Shown: positions 52,351-64,000 of the stretch, one piece after another
How positions within the stretch are numbered: the stretch's first letter is position 1
How the letters are laid out: every line of letters begins with the position of its first letter
Assembly (NCBI GenBank): GCA_951406725.2
Contig: OX597815.1
Location: 102,796,001-102,860,000 of the forward strand
DNA length: 64,000 nt
DNA from: Octopus vulgaris
Lineage: Eukaryota
Reading direction: 5' to 3'
Position numbers and translations under genes: made by a program
The notes under the pieces: generated by a model
What the model saw: the letters and a program-made list of their open reading frames with translations, nothing else
What the model was told of the DNA's origin: nothing
Database searches by the model: none

Positions 52351-54464
52351 TATTCAGAGTCAGAGGGAGCAGCAGCAGGAAAAATGATGTATGACAAGAG
52401 GCTGAGTGTAGTTTTGAAATCAGTATTCCAATTTCAATCTAACTCAAGTGAAAAAGCAAACTGAACAGAAATTATGTTCGAAATTGTTCCCCTGTGTTAT
52501 TGATCTGGTATGCCCTGAAATTCAGTAACACATTTTCATTTACAAATTTAATTGAATTAAACAATTGCATAATGTTATAAACCGTGTCCTTACACTTTTT
52601 ATTATCTTTAGCTTTATCACCGGTAAATATATTATGTGCTCTGTAAATCAGAACTCATCACTTAAATAATTTATTACACTACTAATCAATTTATTTCGTT
52701 GTTCATTTGAGAATGAACAGCACCATCCTGATCCCAATTATAACCTATGACTGCACCTTTAGTTTCTTTAGTACACTGCTCTTATCTTTATTCTTTCATT
52801 CTCATATTTATTTTCTTTTTTCCCCTTATACTTTTATCACACATTTAAGGAACTATTCTAACTATATATTATAGTAAACCACCACCCTCTTCGAAAATTT
52901 TGATTCCGAAATTACTGTCCATCCATCTACGGTATATGAATATATATATATATATGGAACTGAAGAGCAACTTCTCACCACATGCAATTATGTGGAGAAC
53001 AGAGGAGAAATGCAAGCTATAAGTTAATGGATCTAAGAAATGCAACTTATGCGTAGCCGAAATATCTATTATTTTTCGATCCAGTAATTCCAAAATACTA
53101 CTTAATTTTAGAGATCTGAAAATTGTAGCAGGTGTAGACACATGGACAAGTTTCTTTTATCGAACTAGAGGGCACCATATGCTCTGGATTGGGTTGCTGT
53201 CTCGCGCACTTTGACATATTTTTTGTTACTTTGTTCTAAAACAGTTGTATTTAATGCACTTTCTGCAATCAGGGAGACGAGCATCTTAGTATTCTTGATT
53301 TAGGTTCTTTTTTCTTGTTCAACTTTTTGCAACAATTTTCATCGCTTTTTTTCTCATGTTTCTTCTGTCCAGCGTCCTTGTTTTTAAACTATTTTTACGC
53401 CTTAGCAGAACTAGAAAGATTGCTTTAAGATACATGGTGTATTCTATAAATATGCCTGTTCAAGTATCATAATAGCATGAAACTATTAGTAGCTATTTCC
53501 GTTGTGTATTTAAATTGATACACACACACACAAATTAAATTGATTTGTCCCTGATGTATAATTTTCTTTTGTTTAGAATAGATTAACTGCTTTGGGACAA
53601 TAGACTTATCTCACTCTACAGTGTCTCTATTTGAGTGAATATCTTATAACTTGAAGACCCTCCTGTTTATAATATATTACTTTGTCTTCTCTGCCCTTTC
53701 CACCTTATATTTAATAGTCTAATTTCCGCTATGAAAACTATTATCTAGTTCGGTATTATTTTCGTAAATTAGTCTGTGGAATGATAAGGGGAACTTTCCT
53801 GTAATCCTATACGTATAATCAATCATGTGATTTCATGTCAACATTCAACCGCCCATTGAAAGGATCGTCACTGATTAAAGCTGTAATACCGTTATCTTCA
53901 TTTATTTCATTACTCTACGATGATGACACCAATCTCATAATCGACATATTTCCTAGGGTTTTGCATGGAAGGCTTTTCAGAATAATGGATTCGTTACCTA
54001 TGCATTCTCTTAGTCAGAATCTCGTATGGTGCGCTGACATGGTATTCGCCAGAGCTCCCTAAGAAACTATTCCCTAAATTACACACACACAACACACACA
54101 CACATACACACAAACACATTTATATATGTATACATACACACATATATATATTTATTTATAGGGAAAGAGAGAGAGGAAGAGAGACAGGCAGACAGACAGA
54201 CCGACAGTTACATACATACATGCATACGTACATACATACATAAATTTACAGATACACGTGTGTTCGGTTGTATGTCTACAGCGTTTTAATAGTCGTTACT
54301 CTGCCCCTTCAATTTTACAAACCTACTTACGTACTTATCATTTCTCTTTGCTGTAACTCTTACCCATTCTATCTGATAACACTAGAAAATTTCCCCCTTT
54401 CTTATCTGGTCTACTTCCCGTTTCGAACTAATTCTAATATATGTATCCATTATTTTTATTTCAT

Positions 54465-54845
54465 TTATTACCTCCGTCTTAGCAAAGGCGGAGGTAGAGG
54501 TATTGCTTTCAGTCGTATTTGTCTGCGGACAAGATATCTCAAGAACCGCTGAATGGATTTAGATGAAATTTTTAGGGATGTTTGGCCTCGTCACTGGCAC
54601 GAACTGCTGATCAGATTTTGGGATCGATCCGGTACTAGACAAAGATTCTGAATTATTTTTCCATTTGTTTTTTTTTTTGTTACTTAATTTTTGAGAGCGG
54701 TTGGGTTCATTTTTAACATTCTCGTTTGTGAGAGCAGTCGAGTTTATTTCAGATATTTTCATTTTAAAAATCCTCTCCGGCTAATCGTTGAGAGGACGTT
54801 GGTGTTGCTTTGGCGGAGGTTTGCGCTCTCTGAGTACTCTTGTTA
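54465..54845 (+). mobile_element. Helentron-associated non-autonomous element (HINE/DINE-1-like)
   Basis: 5' TTATTACCTCCGTC with an adjacent inverted GGCGGAGGT. The 3' GGCGGAGGT (54812-54820) is followed by a short hairpin GCGCTC-TCT-GAGTAC and a T-run. Confidence 0.7.
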
Positions 54846-55260
54846 TTTCTTGTTTCTACGACAACGTATTCTACATAAAAATTTAGAGTTATTTTGTTTT
54901 TTTTAAGGCATGAACATATTCTACTGTCTGAATTATTTATTCATTCATTTAACTTTTTTGCTTTCTTTAATATTGCTCTAAAGAGGTTTTCCTGATAAAA
55001 CGTCATCAACTGTATTGACAATTCCATTCCAGTAGCTTCTCTAGCCGCGAAAACGTAATCAGCGTATTCTGACAGTGTGAGGGAAGTAATCAAACAGTTA
55101 TTATCTGGATAATGATTGGTGACACTAATTACGGCTCTCGTGTCCGTTTGTAAAATATGAAAGTGACAAAAGGTTTTCTTCCTTCTCAAATGCTTTATAT
55201 ATATATTCAAACACATTTAATTATTTAAGCTGTTATTTGCGCTGTGTTTTGTTTCCGTTG

Positions 55261-55311
<51 letters not shown>

Positions 55312-55317
55312 TGTATG

Positions 55318-55367
<50 letters not shown>

Positions 55368-55379
55368 CACACATATATT

Positions 55380-55745
55380 CGAGGGTCGGTTGAAAAGTTT
55401 ATAGGCTCATGGAATGTGACCAAGTGAGGTTTACTTTTTAACATGATCACCCACCCACGCCCTGCGATCTACATACCTCTTCCATTGGCATTGCAGTACT
55501 TGGATCCCATTGGTGAAGAATCTTTCATTCTATAGCTTTGAAAAATCATCAACAGTAGATATGACGTCATCATCACCGAGTTACTGATCCCTATCCATAC
55601 GGTATGTCAGGCTGGAGAACAGATATTAGTCAGTTGAGACGAAATCAGGAGAATGGGGCCGGTGAACAACTATTTCAAAGTCACAGTTACGTACAAAAGC
55701 CATTGAAACAATTGACTTTGCACTGGAGAATTGTCCCGAAGAAAC
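55380..55745 (-). mobile_element. Mariner 3' fragment with TIR
   Basis: TIR-like CGAGGGTCGGTTGAAAAGTT. The minus strand reads DNSPV..HRPHSPDFVSTD*YLF..DDDVISTVDDF. Confidence 0.75.
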
Positions 55746-56159
55746 CTTAGAGTTACATATGGTAAAGATATGGCTGACGAATAATTGTATATACATTTAG
55801 TATTATTATTGCTGTTAGGAGGCGAAGTAATTATCGTTGTATTATCTATGTGAGATTACGATGCAATATTCGCAGTAGACGTAGGGTTGTTAATATTACT
55901 CGAATAGTCAAATGCACATTCCTCACTTCCAGTCAGGTTTAATTTCTTATTATTAAGTCCTAAACTGAGGGTCTTAAAGTAAAGATATTTTACTCTGCAT
56001 CTATAAATGTTTTTACTACATCTGTTAGAAGGTGGACACTATACTTCACCAGTGGTTATCAGAAAATTAAATGTGAATTCGTTCATCCTCAACTTCTGCA
56101 ATGTAAACTGAACCATATAATATTACTAATAACTAACCTTTTTCTACCCATATTCTTTT

Positions 56160-56340
56160 TTTTTTTAAAGTTTTGCTTCGGACGCAACCTGCCTTTGTCA
56201 GATGAGGTTTTAGGATCATCATCCAAATACAGCTTATCGTGTGTATATTTAAGATGTCAACTTTTGTTAGACGAAGGCCTACCACCATCAAAGTCAAACC
56301 ACTTCGTAAAAGAACTTCCAAGAGGAGTTCTAGAGCTTCT
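56160..56340 (-). mobile_element. Mariner catalytic-domain fragment
   Basis: [18 protein letters not shown] resembles WLxxDExPxxxxKxxLHPKK. Confidence 0.4.
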
Positions 56341-56452
56341 TAGTGGGCTCGCAACATATATTAAAGTAGTATCATTCCCGTTATTAGCTCTCTCTTTCTC
56401 TCCCTCTGTCACTCACTCTCTCACTATATCTATCTATCTATCTATCTATCTG

Positions 56453-56547
<95 letters not shown>

Positions 56548-56568
56548 GTATGACTGTCTGTCTGTCTA

Positions 56569-56637
<69 letters not shown>

Positions 56638-56641
<4 letters not shown>

Positions 56642-57149
56642 CAATTTAGGAGTGACCCTAACAGGTCATTCGTCCACCAGAAAGAGCAGCCATAACTCAC
56701 ACCGCCAAGTAGTAGTAATTCAGAAATTAGGTGAAAATTTAAAAACATTTACCCTAATTCATCTTTTAGACGATGCATCGTTTCTGTGTCATTAATGATT
56801 AAATTAGCTTAATTAAATTAAATTAAGCTAATCTACCATAGGTTACACTTCATCAGTAAAAAACCTGGGAGAGACAAATATACACGAGGCGTCTGTATCG
56901 ATGCCTACGGAATATCTGTCTTAAAATTTTCAAGACTGACGTATTCGCGCCAGACTTATCAGCAGTAAATATAAACTGCCGATTCAATCTCAGAATTATT
57001 CAGAAAATTATCAATTAGTCAATTTAGGGTAGCAAAAAAATTCAATAGAAATTTATCGCTACCAGCGGCCTAGTGGAAAAGAGAAAATAGTCAACGACTA
57101 AATATATAAATATAACAATTTAGGAGTGACCCTAACAGGTCATTCGTCC
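56638..57149 (-). mobile_element. (TA)n-embedded retrozyme/pLTR-like element with identical 38-bp terminal direct repeats (474-bp unit)
   Basis: ATAACAATTTAGGAGTGACCCTAACAGGTCATTCGTCC occurs at 56638-56675 and 57112-57149. It has an internal hammerhead and no ORF. Confidence 0.8.
56764..56861 (-). ncRNA. Type I hammerhead ribozyme motif
   Basis: TTTTA / CTGATGA / A-GTGT...ATTAGCTTAATT hairpin...ACAC-A / GAA / ACGATGCATCGT / C / TAAAA. The predicted GUC cut is at 56769/56768. Confidence 0.75.
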
Positions 57150-57190
57150 TATATATATATATATATACTTCCCTTTCTCTCTCCCCCTCA

Positions 57191-57238
<48 letters not shown>

Positions 57239-57241
57239 TGA

Positions 57242-57504
57242 GGGAAACGGAAAATGGATTTATCAAGAATCATTATTTAGCACAACGATCGCTTTGGTCC
57301 GTGCTGCATCTGTTCGTTACGGGTGGGATATAGTACATCTAGATGTGTTTCATCTGTTAATGCATTCTGAGTTTCGTGAAAAGCATTAATAGATGCAACT
57401 CAGCTAGATGTACTATTTCCCACTCATAAGGGATACATGCAGGATTGATCGAAACAATCGTCGTGCTGAATAAAGGTTCTTGCTAAATCCATTTTCCTTT
57501 TCCC
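57242..57504. repeat. Fold-back palindrome (122-bp arms, 19-bp spacer), diverged
   Basis: 57242-57363 pairs with 57383-57504. The right arm contains GAAACAATCGTC, like a hammerhead 3' half. Confidence 0.9.
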
Positions 57505-57659
57505 CCATTCATTATAAACTCAACACTGCGGAATTCCTGTGGTAGATCCAGTGACAATTACATCGTAACTGTGGACGACATCAGGTATTCTAAACGGTGA
57601 AAGTGCTCTGATCGGCATACTGCTAGACATATAGCCTAAGTCCAAATAATTACACGCAG

Positions 57660-57712
<53 letters not shown>

Positions 57713-57725
57713 CATACATATATGC

Positions 57726-57852
<127 letters not shown>

Positions 57853-58307
57853 CATTCATACATAATGACGTTATATCACAAAAATAACTACGGCCGGTAT
57901 ATTATTGATCTCAATCAAGCCTGATCTGATAACAAACAACAACAGCCTCATTAACAAAGGTAAGGTCCCCAATAACGATGCTTTTATTTAATTGTAATAA
58001 AGAATTCATACATACTAATTCTAACTGAAGTGTGTGCTATTTATTTGCGAAAGTAGACGAATGAATGCTAATCAATAAGACACTAATGAGGTTAATCAGA
58101 GTAATATAATGAAAGGAATTAGTTGAGGAATGAAATATGATAGGAGTGAGTGAAAATATTTAAATAAGCAATGAACTATGATAGAAATTGGCACCTCCAA
58201 AAAGGCATGCATATTCATGTATATATATATGCGTGTGTGTGTGTGTGTATATATATAACTGTATATATGTATATATGTATGTATATATATATATGTATAT
58301 ATATATG

Positions 58308-58388
<81 letters not shown>

Positions 58389-58428
58389 GTACATATTTCA
58401 AATTTTATAATTTTTATAAATTGGAAAT

Positions 58429-58487
58429 ATTATACTGAAGAGAGAAGTAAAATTTAAATCACTTTAATCTCGAAACGCCTATATAAT
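58429..58487 (+). ncRNA. Type I hammerhead motif with one stem III mismatch, in the (TA)n-flanked element 58390-58775
   Basis: ATTATA / CTGAAGA / GAGA...TCTC / GAA / ACGCCT / A / TATAAT. Confidence 0.65.
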
Positions 58488-58773
58488 TAATCCTGGTCGT
58501 GTTGATTCATTGTTTTTTTTTCTCTTCACACCTTCGTAAAAAAGTATGTTTACCGTTATGGAAATTTTTATAGTAGCAGAAAAGTAATTTTAACTCCTAT
58601 TTCTAAATTCAGTATGTGGTGAAGAAATTACCCGAACCCTAATTATAATTATGTGGATAATTTTACCTATAAAGGTTCTTTCAACGTACCGATCTACTTG
58701 GTAAAATTATTAATTAATTGATTAATTAATTAATTACTTAATTTAATTAATAAATTTTACCTTTCTATTATTA

Positions 58774-58805
<32 letters not shown>

Positions 58806-58882
58806 AAGTATGTTTCTGCGTGTGCACGCATACCGAAGGGACAATATGTCTACTTAATCCCTCTCACTCTCTCACAGACACG

Positions 58883-58960
<78 letters not shown>

Positions 58961-59234
58961 CACACATACATACATACATACATACATACATACAGACATA
59001 CATACATATGTATGTATGTGTATGAATGTGTGTGTGTGCGTGTGCATTTCCAGTGTTTACAAATAACAAGGTAAAACTAAATAAATAGTTACTATGGTAT
59101 CAAAAATTCACACAAGTACCAAGGATGTAACATCCTTCATATAAAGGTGGAAACGCGAGGTTTAGATGATATAATTTTGGATGACATAGATAAATAAATG
59201 GAGTTAAACGCAGGTGTTATTTAGATTATTTTTA

Positions 59235-59322
59235 TTTCCGACATATGTTTCGAAGAAAACATTGGTATTATTCCAGAAGGAATAAAATGGTGTAAAACAA
59301 TACATTCTTCTCATCAGGGAAA
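59235..59322 (-). ncRNA. Canonical minimal type I hammerhead ribozyme motif
   Basis: TTTCC / CTGATGA / GAAGAA...TTCTTC / GAA / ACATATGT / C / GGAAA. All core nucleotides and stems are intact. The predicted GUC cut is at 59240/59239. Confidence 0.88.
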
Positions 59323-60651
59323 GAAAGAAACCAAACACATCAATAAGATATTTTAATAGAATGTGATGACGACTGCGTATATGATAAAGGGAACGCTAGC
59401 AAGATTTTAAAAAAAACCGTTAGTAGATACAACGTCATGGTAATTTATAGGAAGCGAAGGAGGAGAATAAAAGAAATTAATAGAAAGCTAATAGCGGAGA
59501 GATACAGAGCGATAGGTGAATCAGAATAAAGCTGAGAACAGGATAAAGTACATCTCACTGTGAAAAGTCGGACAATTTGATGTGGAATGGAATATTCTCT
59601 CTGTATCTTTTCCATGTGATAAAGGTAAACCTTTTTGTCCGCTTTGCAAATCAAAATTGTCCGATAGGGCAAATCAAAATTAGCTCCTGTGTGAACTATA
59701 CTGATTAATTACAGAAGCATAACTAAATATTGCAAGTCCTTGAATATGTCATGTCCTCGACTCACACATATAACAGATTATAGCAGACTAATAAGACACG
59801 TCATTGAAATACATGTTAAATTGGGAAATTTACATGAAATAGAATATATTATCCATAACTAAACAGTATAAAATAAATTATGTACTTCCTTATAAGTTGT
59901 ACCCTTTCAATTTTATCTTGCCAAATAAGCAACACAAAAGAAATGTAATCTTTAAAAGCAAAGCAATTTCATTCGCTGAATAATGTAAATTGAAACCAGT
60001 TTAAATCAGGATATACCAACAGGATTTTGCATATGAAATATATCGTCGTCAGAAAGTCTTCTGAAAATCTAACAGTATAAACTATATAATTAGGTTATGA
60101 GAAACCTGTCTGATTGTCATAACCTCAGTCTATATTTGCAATGCATTTATCTATTGAATTTTAAATTTACAAACGTAAGGCAAATTCCTCAAAGCTATCT
60201 TGTTATTTATATTACAGGAAATTACTATGATCATACTCTTTCATTTGCTCTGCTCAATAAGATATTTATTCTAGTTTCATTATATATTTATAGCTAAGAA
60301 CCTAATTAATCACTAATTGATTTTTAAATAATGAGAGTTAGAGAATTAATAAATCAGAAGATATTTATAAATATTTAAGGAAATGATAAACGAGAAACAC
60401 CGATGAATTTGCATAACACTTAAAACATTGCAACGAATATATTCTGAAATCGTTGAAAATTAAAGAAAATTAAAAGTTTCATTTGAAAAAGGCCACTTTA
60501 AAATCATTGCTAATGTTTTGTTCGATATTTCTTTTATAATATTCTACCAACCGCTTCTATTCATACCATTCCAATTTTCCATATGAATGAAAACAATATG
60601 GTCATTGCCACTCGGAAGAGTGCAATAAAAGTTAAATCAATAAATATGAAG

Positions 60652-60800
60652 TCATCATCATCGTTTAACGTCCACTTTTAATGCTGGCATGGTCTGGACG
60701 TTTTGGCAGGAGCTGGCGAGTCGGAGAGCTGTACCAGTCTCCATTATCTGCTTTGGCATGGTTTCTACGACTTAATGCCCTCTAACACCAACGACTTTAC
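60652..60800 (-). mobile_element. 3' tail of an RTE-associated repeat
   Basis: (CAT)n-CGTTTAACGTCC...TGCTGGCATGG..GGACG...GGTTTCTACG..ATGCCCT. Recognised from memory as an RTE-type 3' end. Confidence 0.5.
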
Positions 60801-61095
60801 AAAATATATTAGGTAAATCAGTACAGCTGATTTCTATGTGATACCAGCACAGGTGCTTTATACGTGACACAAGCACCAGTATGGTTGCTAAGTGACTTTC
60901 TAAGACACAAACACCACAGCTGAGAGTGGGAGTGCCAGGTGAGAAGTCAGATTATAATAGAAGAACAGAGATAATTGGCGTACTATAGAGGAGGTATATG
61001 GATACCCTAGCAGGACAAGGAATGAAAGGAAGGGAAGAGATTTAAAGAGTAAGATAAAGAAAGACTGAGAGGGGAAGAAAGAGATACATAGATAA

Positions 61096-61153
<58 letters not shown>

Positions 61154-61858
61154 TAATGGTTGGTGTTGGAAATACATTGGGAACTACACACTGGGAATAT
61201 TGCTGTGAGGTATATGTAGTACAGTGGAGATAAAATTGTGAGGGGTACTGTTTAGACAAGGGAAGATATAACTGTAGGTGAGGAAAATCAGAGTGGTTGG
61301 AAGGGGATGTGATAAATAAATGAGTGCATGGAGAATGTGTGGAAAAGCACGTAAGGTTGAGTGGAGGGAACTGCTGCAGCTAACTGTATGTCAGGGTAAG
61401 TGAAGAAGTCCGAAGTGGTTGGTGCATGGGTGAAGGAGAGTGTGCTGGGATGTGTTGTAGAGGAGTTTTGAGAGAGGAAACATTGTTTGTATATGTCAAG
61501 GGAGGCTTGACTATTAAGGATATGCCTGTATGTATGGATGGCTACAACTTTACGTAGCCTGACTTTTCTTCTCAAGCGCAACAAATCGTAAGCAGTGTCA
61601 GTCCCTTGTTATCGCTGTAAGGTTAAACATCTGAAGATAATTTTTTGCCGCTTCGTCAAATCCGAAATCATCAATGTTCTGGCTGTGTCTCACTTGTTGC
61701 AGAGAGATTGATTCCTTTGTCAGTCATTAGATAAATGCTGCCCCGTGGCTACGAGTTCTTCTGACTTATTTCTAGCAATGCCCGTGCTGACTAGCACCCT
61801 TACTCACCCTAGTGACGTCTATAATTGTGTCTATATATATATATATAAACGCATATGA

Positions 61859-61955
61859 AGGCCCATGTATTAGTGGTTAAGATGTTGCACTCACTATTGC
61901 GAGATCGTGGGCTCGATTTGCAGACCGGGCGTTGCGTTGAACAAAGCACTTATTT
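61859..61955 (+). mobile_element. Decayed tRNA-derived SINE head (third family)
   Basis: TTAGTGGTTAAG (A-box-like) ... GGCTCGATTT (B-box-like). Confidence 0.5.
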
Positions 61956-62100
61956 TAGAAGATTATTTCGGCATCTTTTTTTTTTTTGCTTCTGACTGAA
62001 ACTGCGTTTGGGCGGTGAATTCGAAAAATTATAATATGTAATGATGAGACACGTGTTATTTTTCTCTAAACTATATGATAATGTTATGGCACGGTCACAG

Positions 62101-62150
62101 ATGAGCATTTCGCCTAGCAAATAAAATAATTTGCTAGGCGAAATGCTCAT
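62101..62150. repeat. Perfect 22-bp inverted repeat with a 6-nt loop
   Basis: ATGAGCATTTCGCCTAGCAAAT-AAAATA-ATTTGCTAGGCGAAATGCTCAT. Confidence 0.97.
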
Positions 62151-62356
62151 TATATTTGCTAATCTAGGTATGACCATAAAAAAATAACAAGGTAAAAGTT
62201 TATACTTTTCATTCCCTTCCAAATTGCTCTTAAATGTGTTTTGGGTAGTTTTGACTGCTTCTTCTAGCGTGTAAAGCCGCCTGTTAAAGGCAGCTTCTCT
62301 TGTGTTTAAATGTATGTATACACATATGTATATACATACACACACGCGCGCGCACC

Positions 62357-62462
<106 letters not shown>

Positions 62463-62469
62463 ATTTTCT

Positions 62470-62648
62470 AGGACTGTTCTTTTTCTTCTCTGACGGCTTG
62501 TCCTTCTTCCCCTATCTGAGCAGGAGCTCTCGAAACGTCACATCCCATCATTTTCCGTCTCAAACTTTCTCTGAGCATTATTCTAATATATCCATTGTGC
62601 ACATCCTCTTGACTTTTCTTGTGCATCCTATTTTTGTATTTTATTTAT
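62470..62648 (+). mobile_element. Decayed Penelope pLTR-like solo copy
   Basis: CTGAGCAGGAGCTCTCGAAACGTC..CTGAGCATTATTCTAATA..TCTTGACTTTTC loosely resembles 18770-18885. Confidence 0.4.
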
Positions 62649-62769
62649 AAATTCATAATTCCTTTTATGTCTAGTTATGATTAAATAAGAATTACATTAA
62701 CCTGAAGGGTTATTCCATACTTTTGTAGAGTCGTACAAATACATTATTCCTTACTAAGAATGATCGTCC

Positions 62770-64000
62770 CTTGGAAGAGCTTGTGTGTTCTCTTGTCGTG
62801 GTAGATGAGCGTGTGTGCTCCAATGAATCCGAGAATGATACCATCTGGAGACTTAGACTTCTGGTAGGGCCACCGATGGCTGCAAGGTCGAGGATGTGGT
62901 CCCAGACTAAACACGAAAAATACCAACGTCTAGACCCCAACGGCAACAGCGGATGACAGCTATCTCAAGACCCCAAGGATTGACTTCGGCTGAAGGGGGC
63001 AACGCCTAGTGGGCAGGCGTGACTAAGTAGACAGACTCAGGAAGCTCGCTGCAACTAGCCTCATCAAGACTGCAGGTCTCAATTCTTGAGCTGCAGTGGA
63101 GACGTTCCTGGCCAAGTGCGTGCTCGTGGCCGTCGCGCAGCCACGATCACCTCAAACAATGTACTCAGCGAATGGCTTCATCTTTCTAATCTGTCTCAAA
63201 AAGCCCAATGTGATACTATCTCGGTCACCGGAGGTAGGTCTGGAAAACTGGAAGCCTCTAGTCCGTGACCACACATTGGCGGTGAATCTCAGTTGGTCGC
63301 TCTCTAATGAATAGCCGTAATATTGGAGTTCGGCAGCTATACTCGTGACTGGGCTGGCCTCTTTAAGATTGCCGCAGCCCACTCCTCAAGGGGATCCCTA
63401 GAAAAGGTGAGGTAAACATCGGATACGGCATATCGATCTGACCAACATACCACGGCTGGCGGACTTCCCATTTAGCAGTCTGAACTCTACTAAATCCTCT
63501 GTTTCACAACCTCTCACCTTCGAGGCCTGGAACATCCGCAATCTCCAGGACAAGAGTGAAATTAATCGACCAGAGCGATGTACAGCCCTCGTACCCGCTT
63601 CAACATTGACGTGACAGCCTTGAGCGAGATTAGACTTTCCGTAGAAGGCAGCATCAGAGAAGCTGGCTCCAGATACTCCATCTTTTGGAAGAGGAAGAAT
63701 AATAATGAACCATGGATCCATGAAGTTGGCCTTGCCAAAGCCTACCTCCATTGAGGATCGCTGGACCAGCTTCGTGAAGAAATGACCACTGCCACTGAAG
63801 AGACGATCGTCTTTGCCCGAAAGACGGACCAGAACTGGTTTGACGAGAATGATGAAACCATCTCCTGTCTTATCGAAGCCAAACTCCAGACGCGCCTAGC
63901 ACTCATGGATCATGCCACTGCGGATAACAAACGAAAACACCAGGAAGCATCAGCGGAATGCCAGCGAGGAATGTTGGCATATGAAAGCAGATGAGATGCA
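62770..64000 (+). mobile_element. RTE-BovB-like LINE 5' portion, internally deleted, running off the window
   Basis: LTFEAWNIRNLQD..RPERCTALV, FNIDVTALSEIRL..GSIRE and YSIFW (APE endonuclease), then QNWFDENDETI. Confidence 0.88.

Noticed and set aside
61625-61680. CTGAAGA...GAAA hammerhead-like spacing
   Set aside because: The stem II base is unpaired, and stems I and III cannot both be formed in register with a valid NUH triplet.

Overview
AT-rich, microsatellite-dense eukaryotic DNA. The SINE families look like those of coleoid cephalopods, probably Octopus; this is an inference from remembered repeat sequences, not a database result. I found no intact host gene. Almost all ORF-track entries are translated microsatellites or broken transposon frames. 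The window is a graveyard of mobile elements: R4/Dong-clade non-LTR fragments in (TACA)n and (TAA)n tracts, a Penelope-like element, RTE, Tx1-like and Gypsy remnants, a full-length decayed Chapaev3 transposon with a TTA target duplication, several mariner/maT fragments, Helitron/Helentron non-autonomous elements and two main tRNA-derived SINE families. The most interesting signal is non-coding. A diverse set of short elements, mostly embedded in (TA)n tracts, carries minimal type I hammerhead ribozyme motifs: a fully canonical one at 59235-59322(-), near-canonical ones at 56764-56861(-), 58429-58487(+) and 38590-38625(+), and a G3-C8 core-swapped pair at 19267-19386. Several are arranged as direct-repeat units (retrozyme/pLTR-like) or long fold-back palindromes. 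There are also weak, heavily decayed GPCR-like and cadherin-like coding remnants.
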